Part shown: positions 14,214 to 28,717 of the stretch, one piece after another | Layout: each line of letters begins with the position of its first letter | How positions within the stretch are numbered: position 1 is the first letter of the stretch | Assembly (NCBI GenBank): GCA_002104945.1 | Contig: MCFH01000040.1 | Span: 434,328-498,327 of the forward strand | DNA length: 64,000 bases | Source of the DNA: Piromyces finnis finn | Lineage: Eukaryota > Fungi > Neocallimastigomycota | Reading direction: 5' to 3' | Translations under genes and position numbers: made by a program | The notes under the pieces: model-generated | Databases searched by the model: none | What the model was told of the DNA's origin: nothing | What the model saw: the letters and a program-made list of their open reading frames with translations, nothing else

Positions 14214-15268
14214 TTTTTTTTTTATATCTTTCTTTTTTTCTACTACTTTGACGCTTTCAAAAATTTTGTAAAAAAGAAAATAACAATGACTTTATCATTT
14301 AGAACATTTAATTTTAGATTAAATTACTTTTTTTTTCTATTTTATTTTTCAATTTAATAGTAAATATATTAATACATCAGTATGAAATGACTTTAATAAT
14401 ATTATAATCTTTATAAAATAATAATAAATACTGATCTCATAAGACATTTGTATATAAACAAATAATATATATAAATTATTATTTATTTAATTATACTTTT
14501 TATAAAAAAAAAAAAAAAAGTAATATGCAATAAATTTTAAAATAAAAAATTTAGAATATTCTAATAATTATTGAAAAGGTTAATAAATTAAATTAAATTT
14601 TTAAACTAACCCTTTTTAATTATATTAAAGATAATAAAATCTTTTTTTTTACTCTTAACCATATTCAAACAATGATGATAGCTTTAATGTATCGTTTTTA
14701 GTATTTTAAAGACCTTAATTTTCTTACTTTTTATACTAATTTCATAATTCCTATTGGTATTTATTACTATAATAATATTTTTATTTTCATTTTATAAAAT
14801 CAACAGTTATAAATTAATTTTGGAGTATTTTTGTTTCGACAAATTTAACTTTACTAATGTATTTGAAATAAAAAAAAAAAAAAAAAGAATAATTAATTTT
14901 TATTTTTATATATATATATTTTTTAATTTTTATAACATAAAAATACATTAGTTTTATATTATAAAAGCGTAAAGCAATATAAAAAAAAAAAAGTATAAAA
15001 ATATATATATAATAATTATAAGTAAAGTAGATTTTCATAAAAATTATATATATTTATTCTATTCTATTATTATAATTATAATGTTACAATCATAATTTTA
15101 ATAGGGTTATGTTTAAATAAAATTTTAATACTATAATAGTTGGAATAGTATAATATTATTAGTAGCAAACCCTTTTTTTTTTATTTTTTATTTAGTATAA
15201 CGATAATTTAAGAATATTTTATTATTTTATTTTAATATATTTAATATATCATAAATTAATTAATTTTT

Positions 15269-15272
<4 letters not shown>

Positions 15273-15322
<50 letters not shown>
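15273..15322. repeat. (AAT)n microsatellite, ~16 units
   Basis: Directly visible, ~200 bp upstream of the TTC1-like ATG. Confidence 0.9.
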
Positions 15323-15327
<5 letters not shown>

Positions 15328-15529
15328 TACGTATTAAATTATTAAAAAAAAATTACTTTTATATATTAAATTTATATAGAAACTATTTTTATTTTAGAAT
15401 TTATTCGATAAAAAGAAAAAAAAATAATTAGAAATTTATAATAATTAACGATATCATTATCATTATTTTTTTTAATAAAGTGTACAAATTTTAAAAGCAA
15501 TCATAATAAAATAAAAATAAAAAGTAAAA

Positions 15530-17270
15530 ATGTCTGATAGTGAAGAGGAATGGGCTGATGCTATTTCATGTATATATATATTCTAAAAAAAGGCAATAAT
15601 TTAAATGAATACACTCTTAATTTATATAAATTATTATAATATTATCTATTATCTATTATCTATTATCTATTATTATTATTATTATTATTATTATTTTTTT
15701 AGCATACCCTGATGAAGAATTTAAGGATGCAGTAGATGATAATATAGAATATTATTTTAAAAGAAATCCAGTAATAGTTAAAAAATCCTTATTTACTTTA
15801 CCAGAATATAATGAAGCTGATTCAGATAATGAAATTAATAACTCTAAAACTGGAAATAATATTAATAATAATAACGATAATTCTATGTCTCATTCTAATA
15901 GTATAGAGACTATTAATAATAATTCTTTAAATGATAATACGGAGCCTTCAACAAATAAAAAAGAGCATTTATCTGCGCATAGACAACCACCAATTGATTT
16001 AAGAAAAGAAAATTTTAATATCACAAATATTATGGAAGAAGAAACTATGAAAGAAGCTTCTTCACAAGAAACTTTGCATGAGTCAGAAGAAGAAAAGGAA
16101 ATAAGACAATTAGAAGAAGAAATTGATAAAATTCTTTCATGTTCCCCAGAAGAAATTGAGGTAAAATAAATAGGATATTCTATATTGACTAAATACAAAA
16201 TACATTCTTAAAATACGTTATACTTTTATGATTATTATAGGTTTTCTTTATTAATCATAATTATATTTATTTATTTAATCTCTTTTTATATATTTATATA
16301 ATGAACTAAAATATATTTTTCATTATAATAATATTATTTTTGATATTTTAATATAATTATTCTAATAAATAATAATGATAACGATAAATTATCCAACAGG
16401 GTTTAGTTAATGAGGCTAAAAGACATAAAGAATTAGGAAATCAACATTTTAAAGAAAAAAATTATATTAAAGCGTTAGATGAATATAAGCAAGCAACTGA
16501 TATATGTCCACATTCTCAAAAAGAAGATTTAGCAATTTATTATAATAATATGGCTGCTTGTTACGTTTATATTGTAAGTAGAAATAATTTTTTTTTTTCG
16601 AAAACATAATATGACTTTTAAAATATAAACTAAAAATAATATAATAATTATGTTATACTTGAATAAATGTTTATTTTATAAATATAAATGATACTATATT
16701 AACTTTTTATATTTTCTTTTTTTTTATTATCACCATCATTTATTTTTGACTATTTATTATTCTATTCTAGGGTACAAATGAACAAGTGGCGACTTATTGT
16801 ACAAGAGCTTTAGATTGTAACCCAAATTATGTAAAAGCTTTGGTTAGAAGAGCTTATGCCAATGAGAAAATAGGAAAATCATTTTCTATTTCCCAAGCTA
16901 TTGAAGATCATAAAAAAGTTTTAGAATTAGACCCTGATAATAATAATGCTTCACGTAAAGCAATAGGAAGATTAGAAATAATGCTTAAAGTTCAACAAGA
17001 AAAAGAAAAAGAAGAAATGTTAGGTAATAATAAAATCTAAAGTATCAAATTCTTTTTATTAATGATATAAAGTTATTAATTTTTTCTTTTCTTTTTTTTT
17101 TAATGATATTTAAATTAATAAAAAAAAAATATATATATATAAAATTTATAGCTAAAATGAAAGATGTTGGTAATAAATTATTAGGAAAGCTTGGCCTTTC
17201 TCTTGATAATTTTAATTTACAACAAAATGCTAATGGTGGTTATTCTATTAACATGAATAACTCAAATTAA
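15530..17270 (+). CDS. TTC1: Tetratricopeptide repeat protein, TTC1-like (exons 15530-15569, 15703-16160, 16400-16573, 16771-17023, 17152-17270)
   Basis: An acidic N-terminus, then TPRs (AKRHKELGNQHFKEKNYIKALDEY; YYNNMAACY; ALDCNPNYVKALVRRAYANEK) and the TTC1-type C-terminus KMKDVGNKLLGKLGLSLDNFNLQQNANGGYSINM. Confidence 0.82.
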
Positions 17271-18352
17271 TTAAAGAGTATATATATAGTTTCATTTTAT
17301 TTAATTTATTTATTATGTTTTTCATAATATTTTTCTCCTTATAAAAACGTATTTTCAAATTTAAACCATCATCCCCCTCTTTTTCATTTTTATTATAATG
17401 TAAATATTTAATAGTTTAAGCAAAAAAACATATTTTTAATGATAATAATAGCACATATATTAATAACAATATAATTTATAATGCCATCTATTTAAATAAA
17501 TAACTAAAAAATAAATATACAACAATAAAACATTTTAACTATTTACCATCAAAATAAAAATCAATTAATTTATAATAAATAATTGGTTATTTTTATATGT
17601 TGTTATTAAAAAACTTTAATAAAAACTAGTTTTTATAACTCCACTTTTAAAATAAATATATAAATATTTGAATTTTTCTCTCTCTCTCTCTCTCTCTTTT
17701 TTTTTTTTTTTTTATTTTTCTCAAACACTTTATATATATATATAGCTTTAAAATATCTTATACTCAATAAACCTAATAATTATTTCTATCATATTATCAT
17801 ATTATTATTTCAACACTACATTACATAATATTTTTTATTTCTTTTTTTTTTATTTTTTTTTTATTATTTCTTTTTTTTTATTTTATTTATTTTATTTTTT
17901 TTTTGCTATTGCTTTTACTTATTGTGTTTATTTAGTTGATTAAGAAATATTAAATAAATGTTTATAAATATATATATATATAATATTATATTAAAAAACA
18001 ATATTATTAATTTTTCGTTTACTGAAGAATGTGTAATATATTTTATGATTTATTTATTAGTTTATATATATTATTATTTTGTTTGATGGGTTTATATTAT
18101 CATAAGAATATAAAACCTATGTTTTTTTTATTATTTATTATTATTTGCATTAAGTATTTATGATTATTGTGTTTAATTTATTAATCTTTAATCAAAAAGA
18201 TATAAAACTAATAATTTATATTTAACAACTTTATAAAATTAGTTTTCAATCCCTTTATATATTTATATTTTTATTATTTGATATAAAATTAATTTTTAAG
18301 TTGTTTATCTAAATTTCTATTGCTTATTTTATATTTTTGATATGAAAAACGC

Positions 18353-18854
18353 TTAAGCACCACTATATAATATATTATATATAAAATAAATAAAAATTAA
18401 TATACACATATTTTCTTCTTCTTATTTATTTTTATTGTTTATACATACACAATGATGTTGTTAATTGGGATGTGGATAAGCTTAACAAAGTAACCAATGA
18501 AACCCATGATAAAGAAACCCATAGCAACAGCTCTTGAGATTTGAATGAATTCTATTAATTAAAAAGTAAAGTAAATATTTAATATACTGTTGATACCTTT
18601 TTTATACTCTGAACAAATCTTTTTTTTTTTTTTTATTTATTTATTTCACATATATAATTAAGTTTTCAATGTATAAATGCAATTCCTTTGAATTGTTTAT
18701 ATTCTATTTGCCATTTAATTTAATTATTTATTTTTGTTTTCACATATATACCTCTACGATCTGGCTTAGTACATCTTTGAATGAGTTGCTTAGCATCCTT
18801 GAAGTATTGCTTTTGTTCAGCAACAAAACCAGTTTCAGCGTTCTTTTCAACCAT
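18353..18854 (-). CDS. SSS1: Sec61 translocon gamma subunit (exons 18854-18752, 18551-18449, 18362-18353)
   Basis: The spliced product is [71 protein letters not shown], with the hallmark CTKPDRREF and [14 protein letters not shown]. Confidence 0.95.
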
Positions 18855-20538
18855 TTTTATTAATTATATTATTTATTTTATTTGTTTTTATTTAAAAAAT
18901 ATAGATTAAATTTTTAAATTTTATTTTTAAAAGATAAAAAATCTTAATGAAGAATTTTTTTTTTACTTTTTATTTACTTTTATTTTTCTTTTTATTCTTA
19001 ATAAATATATTTTATTAAAAAAATAAATAAGCTTATTAAAGCTATATTTTAATATTTATTTTAGACTTTTTTATTATATTGTAGTATATTTCATTTTAAT
19101 GATTTTAATTTATTTTTAATATTACAAATTTAATTAAATAGAATATAAAAGTTGATGTTATTACAACTAAATTAATTTTATTATTTAATATTATTATGTG
19201 TATATTACATAATATATAATAAGAAGAACACTATTAAATATATTTATAATATATTATACAATAAATGGATTATTTAATTTATTAATAAATCTTCATATTA
19301 TTAATTAGTATTTGGAAATAATAATGTATAACTATAATTAATGAATAAATTAATTAAAAAAATATAAATTTATATATATAATACATATAAAGTGTATATA
19401 TACATTTTATTATATATCAATAATTGATTTTAATTTAACCAATCATTTCAACACACATATTCTTACTTTTTAATGATATATATTAAAATAAGAGTGAATT
19501 TTATATTGATAAATTTTATAAATTAGAAATATAACACATAATAAATAATAATATATAATATAATTATTAAATAAATATAGAAACTAAAAATGATGATTAT
19601 ACCTTATTCAGTAATATTCTAATGGATTCTTATGGGTTATCCTTTTACCAAATGCTACGTATACTTAAAATGTATACATTGTTTATTAGATACTGTTAAA
19701 TTATTCTAATAAAAAAATTGTATTTAAATTGTTACATAAAAAATAACGCTATCGTGGTATATCTATATTTTAACATTAATTATAATAGTTGATACAAGTT
19801 ATTAATTTTTATGATCTCTTATTCCATGACGTATTGATTTATTGTATTTGAATGTTGTTATTAAGTTTTGAACTAAACTATTATTAATAAAGTATTACAA
19901 ATAAACTATATAAACCTAATTATTTATAAAAATATTTTGTAATACAAAGTAATACAAAAAACTTAATTATTCTAAATCAAGAGTGTTAATATTTAGAATC
20001 AAAGTGTTTTATGTTTATATAATTCAATAATGCTTTTTTTTTTTTAAGTTTATAGACTTTATAAAAATGTGGTATTTGTGGAACATATATTTTTTAAAAT
20101 TATATATATTTATTTATTTCAATAATAATAAAAAATAGATACAAATAAATTTAATAATTTACAAAAAATCAAAAAATATTGATATTATTAAAAAAAAAAA
20201 GAGAATAATTTTTTAAAGGTTATTTATAGAAATAAAAATTATTAAATATTTCTTATTATAAATTATTATATGTTTTAATGATAATGAGTATAATAATTAT
20301 TTTAATTGATTAATAAATAAATAAATAAATAAATTAAAGAAAATGAAGATATAAAATGAGATAATAAAATAAAATGAAATTATAAGATACGGGTATGTAT
20401 TTTAAAGAAAAGATTTAGCTTTTTTCTTTTTTTTTTTTTTTTTTTTTAATGATATCATTTTAAAAAAAAAAGAAAATCGAAATAATTTTTCATTAATAAT
20501 AATATAAATTATTTATGATAGATTAACTGCATGGTCAT

Positions 20539-23500
20539 TTAATGAGAATTAATAATTAAAATATTACTGATAACTTCATCTAATAATTTCATATTATAAT
20601 ATTTAGCAATATGTTTAAAGGTAGTGAGCTGTACCATAAATTCATCATAATCTATATATAATTTATAGTCTCCTCCACAGTGACATTTACTAGAAATATT
20701 ATCTCCTTTAAGACTACGACATTTAGTACATACCAAATCTTGAAGTTGGAAGGCCATGGCTTTTGTTTGAATAATTTCTAAAAGACGATCTTCAATAATT
20801 CTTGGGTCATATTCCATTTTACAACCAGGACAACTCCAAAAAGTAACTGTGGAATTAGATATAGAGTGATTCGTTTTTTTCTTGGTTTGATTTTGATTAT
20901 TCATTATATTAACATTTCCATTGATGTTTTCATTTTCATCATTACTTATATCATCACTGTCACTGTTACTATTATTTCGGGAATTATATTGTTTTTTCAT
21001 TTTTGCAATAAGGGAATGATAATCTTTTGAGCTTTCATTATCTTCATTTTCTCTGCATAAATCAATATCACGACAATAATTACAATATTCACAAATAACT
21101 TGTCCTAGTTTAAAGGAGGTACATGGGTTTTTGAATTGAGCTTCTTCACTAAATTCACGAATATGAATAAGTTCCAAAAGATTACGCTTTAAAACTCTTA
21201 CAGAATATTCTACTGTTTTATCGAGTGAGAGAACATAGCAAAAGTATTTAACAAATTCCAAGGTTGCATTATTTCTTTTTAAGTATGAACCTGGAGGTTC
21301 TGGAAATTCATAAAGAATGGCTTCTTCAGTATCATGACTAGTTTGGTATTTTTCATGAATGGTACTTACTTCTTCTAATAAGGCTCTTGTTAATCCACTA
21401 CTGATTAATTTACGTTTGAAATCTATCTCTTCTTTAGAATTATTCTTTTTGGGTCCTTCTTTTTCGTTTTCAGCATCTGTCAAAATATTATCATTTTCTT
21501 CTATATTATATTTTTCTTTGGTTTTTTTCATACATACTGAGAAAAGATATTCGGAAAAGTAACGATCAAATAACATTTGATATGCTATTGGTAAATACTT
21601 TTTAATATTCCATTGAGAAATGATACACTGGGCTCTCAATTGTTTATTCATGACCATATCAATAGTAGCATTAGGTGATAAACTAGTCATACCACCAAAA
21701 TTGGCATAATCCATCCATATTAAGGTATCCCAACATTGTGTTGGATTTAATTCTAAACCACTGAAAAGTTGCTTTGAAATAATTGTTCGAATAACATATC
21801 CCATATGATTAATAGCATTAGCAACACTAGTTTTTGATGACATGATAATAATTTTTCTAAAGTTAGCATATATAACCTTTAATCCAAGATTACGGAATTC
21901 AGCAAGAAGTTGCATAAAAACTTTTTTCATAATACCATGAATCAAATTAAAAAGAGCTGGATCATAAAGTTTTGAACTTGGACTGGTGATCCAACGATAA
22001 AAGTGTTCAATCATCATATCAGCAAACCTATTTTTTTTATCACGAACTTCGTTATTCCAGGAAATAATTAAAGTACGGAATAGTTTAAATGTTTGGGCAG
22101 AAATGGCATTTTCATCCATAACTTGAATCATAGAAGTTTGAATTAAATCTTTTTTATTTTCATCAACATTCATTTCTGTATTATTATTATTATTATTATT
22201 ATTATTAGAAATCATTGCTATATGATCATTTAGAGTATGTTGGGCCATTGAACTTTCAAAACCAATTGTACCCCCTCCTTCAATTTCATTAATAACATTA
22301 GCTTGTTGAATTGTGTTGACAGCTAAATTGATTAGATCAATTTCCATACTAATTTGATCATACATACCTGGAACATTTATTTCCAAATTTTCTATTTCAT
22401 CAATAGAATTATAATTTTCGTCATCTTCACGACTACCTAAATCGGGTTTGCTAGAAGGTGAATACCATAAAAGCATACCCTCTCTTTGAAGTCTTCTAGA
22501 AAAGAAAATATCTGCTAAGAAAATTGGATAATCATTTTCAATATTACAGAATGGTATATCAGCATATCTAGCTAATGCAATACGTTCAGTAAGCCAACCA
22601 TTAACATTAAATAAATGTGACATAATTCTTCTACAAATTGGTCTTTGCCAGTCCAGAGCTGGGAATTGATTATCCCGTTTATAGGATGAGATAAATACAA
22701 CAGGGAAATCATTTATACTTGGAATATTTTCACCAAGTTGTTGCTGATTTAAAAATGATTGAATTATGAGAACTGTAGGCTTGTGTCTTTCACTATGATA
22801 CTTTGAAAGAATTTTCTGAATATTTTGGAAAGCCTTTTCTTTATCTCCGAAGATTTCAGATTGCCAATCAACAATTTCATGATATCTAAAAACATTATCA
22901 TCATTTATTTCACCACTTTTAATTTTGGCATTACGTTTTTCGCTATATAGTTTGGTCATATTTGGCATTTGATTAATCTGGGAAGCATCAACAATATTAA
23001 TATAAGCTTTAGCAGAATCGGTAGAATAAATACAAAATATATGACGACTGTCTGAATAAGTATGATATAAAAATATATATTCAAGTGCTTCTTTATCATT
23101 TAAATAAGGTCTTTTTGATACATCTTCTGGTTGAAGATATTCCATTGAAATACCTTTATCAATGTTTCTGACTACTTCACGGTTAACTCTTGTAATACAA
23201 CCAATATCAATCAATACTCTATATAACAATGGAATTTGAGTTTCGTATACCCCTTCAATAGATGGATGACTTATGAAACTAGATATAACTTTCATATTCT
23301 CTTTATATACATTTTCAGGCATTTTAAATTCGTAAAGGTATAAATTTTTGTGGGAACGAGGCAATATTTTATTAACTTTTTTAACACTATATAGGTTTTC
23401 AATTGAATTTCCATTTTCGTCTATTTCAAAACCTCCAGATGAAATTTCATTTCCTGTATATGGTGTCTTACTATTAACATAAAATATTCTAGGTACTAAA

Positions 23501-26500
23501 AGTTTAATCATTTGAATTCTTCCATCAACTAATACCCATAAACGAAATTCTCCAGGCTTTTCGCTTTCTGTAACGCTTAAAATTTCCCAACAATTAGACA
23601 TCACAGCATAATTTTGTTTTTGGAATAAAGATGACAAAGCTCCCGAGTTCAATGAACTTTTAAATGAAGATCCATTGGTTTCTTGAAGCTTTCTGCGTTT
23701 CATTCTATTAATTCTTTGTCTTTTCCATTTTTTCTTCATGTATTCTAACCAAGCTGGATAATCTGTGTCCATATCTGGCATTTCACCTAAATCTTCCATT
23801 TTATCATCATAAATATCATCAACAGCCATAGAATCATCATTATTTTCTTCATTTGATTTTCTTTTTTTAACAATTTGTTTTTTATTAACAATGGGTATAA
23901 ATTTTGGTTTTTGAGTGTTATTATTTTCATTAATAACCATATCTTCCATATCACCAATTAATTCTTCTTGTGATTTTGGTTGGTCATTAATCGATTCTGG
24001 ACTATTAGAATTCTCTTCTAATAATTTTTTATTTTCTTTAGGTTGGACTTTGAACATATCAGTAATATGGTGTTGTTTTAATTTATCATCTCTAGTAACC
24101 AATCTTTTGAAAAGCCATTCTGGATAATGAATGCGAGGAACAGGATTGCGAACTTTTTGCATTGCTGCAGGAATAGTGATTAATTTTTGAATTACAGATC
24201 CAAATCTTTCTAAATAATATTGCCAATCTAAAATAGATCGGATATCAAAATCTTGGAGATTACTGTCTTTCAACCAACGCTTTAAGAAATATTTCTTTAC
24301 GCTTGGTTCAGCTTGGAAAATAGCTACTGGAATAGCTCTTTCACTAACAGCGTAACCAGCTGGCTTAGCAGAGATAATAAATTTACAAGCTAAACCCTTA
24401 TCTTTAACCATTTGATCTCCAAGAAATTCCGCTAAACGTCTTGCTGTACTAATAGAAGTTGATTTCTGACTACCATATTCTTCAAGAGATTTACTCATAC
24501 TTCTATTTTCAGAAATTAATTCAAACAATTCTTCATCACCAACATCTTTTCCTTTACTAAATAATAAATCAAGCCACTGATCAGCAACTTTTGCTACAGA
24601 AGCATAACACTCTTCAAGAGTGTCACCCTTTAAGAAATTACTGAAAAGTGATTTTTGGAAAATTTTAATTAACTTTAATTCACCACGTCTCTTAACTTCA
24701 AAACCTTTTAATTCGGCTAAAGAACCATTTGGGTTAAAAACAGCATAACGCTTTTTTAATAATTTATCTTCTTGTGTTGATGATGGAAGAATCATAGCAC
24801 GATATGGACCATCAACTTCAAAGAAAATACTATTTTCACTTTTAGTTTGATATTCATAAGTATTTTCATTTACAAGTGTTTGATATTGATGATTGGTATA
24901 ATTATCATGTACTAAGTGATTTAACATTACACATGGATAAGATAAATAGTGAACTTTATCGTTTTTAAATTTGAATATGTAGTTTTCTGGGAAAGATTTT
25001 GGAAGAATACACCAAATACCATCAGTGTCCAATTCTAATGGGCGCCCAATTCTTTCTACTAATTGTCTGGCCATTTGAATAATATTTGAACCAGTAAAAC
25101 ATACAACACCAGCCATTTCCATTGAATACCATCTCGAACCTTTTCTCATGACATAACCATAGAATGAATTTAAAATACATTTATGAGCTAATTGAAGGGA
25201 ATCATATAAGACAACCATTTTTTTTGCTTTTTCAATTTCTGCATTAATTCCTGACTTCATAGCAGATGATAATTCTCTTTTAGCTCTTTTCAGTAATCCT
25301 TTATATTCATAACGACGATCACGGAAATTTCTTACTGTATTAACATAAAATGGATGCTCACGCTGGCAAACAATAGACTCACGCTCAACAACTTTAGTTT
25401 CTTTTTTTCTTTTATAAACTTTTTGACAATAATCACCAAGACGTTTATGAATTAAAGTGGCTTGCTCGGTTGCATTTAACTGTGAGAAATCTCTTAGATT
25501 ACCTCCTTTAATTTTAGGTGGGAATTTTTCAGTCATAAGTTGAGATTTTATCATATTATATTCTGCTCTTGTACCTGGATAACATTCACCACGCCATTGC
25601 CATTGCATTCTTCTTTGACAATTAGATCCATTTTGATTAAAATCGCAAGAGGCACAATCTTTTTCAGATACCAAGGCATCAGGTTGTAAACGATTAGTCA
25701 AAATAATATTCGGATACATTGCACCAACATCCAAGTGATAAATTAATGGTGGTTCTTTTCTTATTGGGTTTTGTCTTAAATTAATTAATTTATTATAAAT
25801 ATCTTCTCTTATTTCTTCTAAGTTTAATACATCATCCATTGATTGCTTTCCTTCTACTTCAATACTAAATTTCAAAGCCTTATCTAAATCATTAATAAGT
25901 TTATCAACTACGCTAACATCTAAATTGAAATCATATGACAAATCACTTCTAAAAACGCCAGCTTCTAATGCTTCAACATGACCACCTACGTATGTTTCTG
26001 TATCAAGTAAATGACCTTCGTACATTTTAATTGCTGGGTCAATATGTTTATTAGGCATAATTACTTTTGCTAAATAAGCTTGAACCATCAATAATGACTC
26101 ACAAAGAGTACCAGAACCTTTTCTTAATACTTCATCTGGGCATAATGGAATAATGTTACATAAGGAGAAAATAAATGGATGTACATATTTCATATATAAA
26201 TAATATGTTGCTACAGCATCAGATACAGAATATTGAGATAATGTTTGAGGCTGTTCAATTGCAAATCTTGTTTATAAATATATGATTTTATAGATTTAGA
26301 TAAATATTAATAGTTAGCATAAATATAAATAATTTAAATAATTTATTTTCATATTTAATTAATATCTTATATTATACCTTGTCATATCTTCTGGATCAAT
26401 TTCCATAGGATTATATCCTAATTTTGCAGTAGTGACAGCCTTATTTAATGATATTTAAAAATTAATTTTTATTATTAATTTCGCATTTATTTTATAAAAT

Positions 26501-28222
26501 TAATTTATTTACCTTTAAACCATGACTACCAACAGGAAGATAACTATCACGCTTTACCCAACATAAGCAGTCCATATGAACAGCATATGATGATCTATAA
26601 CAACTACTAGTTTCATCTTTATAGAAACCAATTTCCTATAGTAATATATAACAATTTATTATGATATCAAATTTATTTATAACTATAGTATAATATTTGT
26701 TTTTTAATTACATACTTTATACATATTTATTCCATTATGTTTTGCTCTTGCTTCAATAAATGGCCAATCAAAATTATCACCATTATATGTTACGAACACT
26801 GACGGTTTTGTTTCAATAATATGTTCGAAAAATCTATTTAATAATGCAGCCTATTTATTCAAAATTGAAAATTAATTATTATCAAATAAAATAAATAAAT
26901 ATCATCAATATTTTGATTTTCATACTTCATCTTTTTCATTAAAAATAATAAATGGTCCTTCATATTCAGGTTTTGGGGTATATTCGAAGTCCAGAATGTC
27001 TTCTGATACAATTTCTCTATTTGTAATAAGGAAACCCTTAATTTACAATAAAATTTTTATGAATATTTATCAATTAAATTATCTTATGTATGAATTTTAT
27101 TTTAAAAAATTGAGATATATTTATTATTATAATTATAATACAAAATTATTTACTTGTCCATCAATCATATATGAAATCATCATGACTAAATCAATAGATG
27201 AATCTGGAAATTTCAATGGTGATTTTGTTGTTTCAATATCAAATGCAAGGACAACAGGTTCTGCTGGTAATACCATATCTGTATTTGGAGTAATTGTTAT
27301 TTGATTAAATTCAGCTTTTACTGTATACCAACATCCGACACGGAAATCTAATATATTTTAATTTTTATTAAGAGTATTTAGTATTAATTATTTAAACATC
27401 TTTAATTAATATATCATAAAATATTATATCATACTATTATCTATAGCAACACGAATATAATACGGAACATCATATTCTCGGATATCGATAATGTTGCTAA
27501 CAATATCATTAGTACTTTTTGAATTTAGATTTAATTCATCATTGTCGTCACTATTAAATATTAGGTGTTAAATCATTAATATTAAAATTTGAATATAATA
27601 ATGTAATTTTTATAATTAAATATATTACATTTTGATTTCTGAATATGCATTTGTAATTTCCATATTTTTTTCATTTCTTGTAACAACTTGTAATAAATAT
27701 TTTCTTACAGTTAATAAATCTTTGACATTTCTAAATTTCAATTGCACTACAGTTCTCGTTACACCAAGAAGATGATTTGGCTTTATTATAAAATTATTAT
27801 TAAGGTATTGATTAGGTATTGATTAGAATATAATATATTTCTCCATTTAAAAATACATTTAATTAGAAAATTTAATTGTACCATATCTAAATCATCCTTT
27901 TCAATTCTTTCAATTTTCGATATTAAATTTTCATATCTTCTTTTTAAAAATTCTTCTACTTCAAATTCTGTATTTTTTTTACACATAATATAAAAATATG
28001 GTTCATAAAGTACTGTGGTTTTAAATGTTTGTCCGTCTTCTTCTATAAAAAATAAGTCTACACCTGCTTTTCCTGAAGGCCAATCATTACTTTTAACTAA
28101 AGTCTTTTTTTTTTTTTTTATTATTAATTTTCATTTATTTTAAAAACATATAATAAAAATAAGTTATTAATAGATTGATAATTTTATTATTATAAAATAA
28201 AATTTAATGCTAATTCTAAATA

Positions 28223-28258
<36 letters not shown>

Positions 28259-28717
28259 AAAGCAATTACTTTTTATTTTTATTTATATATATATATATTT
28301 TATTACTTATAATAAATATTTTATTTTATTTATAAATTTATTTATTAAATATTATTGTTTTATAATTTATATAATAATGTTTAGAAATAAATTTCAAAAT
28401 TTGAGTAGAATTAAATGCATATTAAAAATTAATTATAGTTATAAATATTTATTTTAATAACTTACGGGTTGAATATTTGTTAACCACCCAATTTTCTCTG
28501 GTCCTTCAATATATTTCATTCTTCCTAATTTTTCATCAATTTCATCTCTAATTCTTACTTCTTCAAATCTCTTTTCTAATAATGATAAATCTTCAGGTTT
28601 AACAACTTTTTCTCCATTTTTCCCATTAATATTGGATCTTTTTCGTTTCCAGGATCCATTATATTTAAAACCTTTTCCAGTTGTACTTCCAAATTCATTT
28701 CTACTTCTTCTATTCAT
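20539..28717 (-). CDS. POL2: DNA polymerase epsilon catalytic subunit (exons 28717-28466, 28103-27882, 27780-27629, 27550-27435, 27347-27154, 27036-26926, 26850-26716, 26635-26513, 26439-26378, 26266-20539)
   Basis: Exo[16 protein letters not shown], Exo[13 protein letters not shown], ExoIII YSVSDA, polymerase motifs [31 protein letters not shown] and ELDTDGIWC, the CysX motif CASCDF..C, and C-terminal CysA/CysB motifs. Confidence 0.98.

Noticed and set aside
26513-27250. Possible loss of Pol epsilon proofreading as a cause of AT richness; Cys in HMDCLCWV where yeast and human have Arg
   Set aside because: The ExoI (DIE, FPD), ExoII (NGDNFD) and ExoIII (YSVSD) residues are intact, and as I recall that Arg position varies among fungi.
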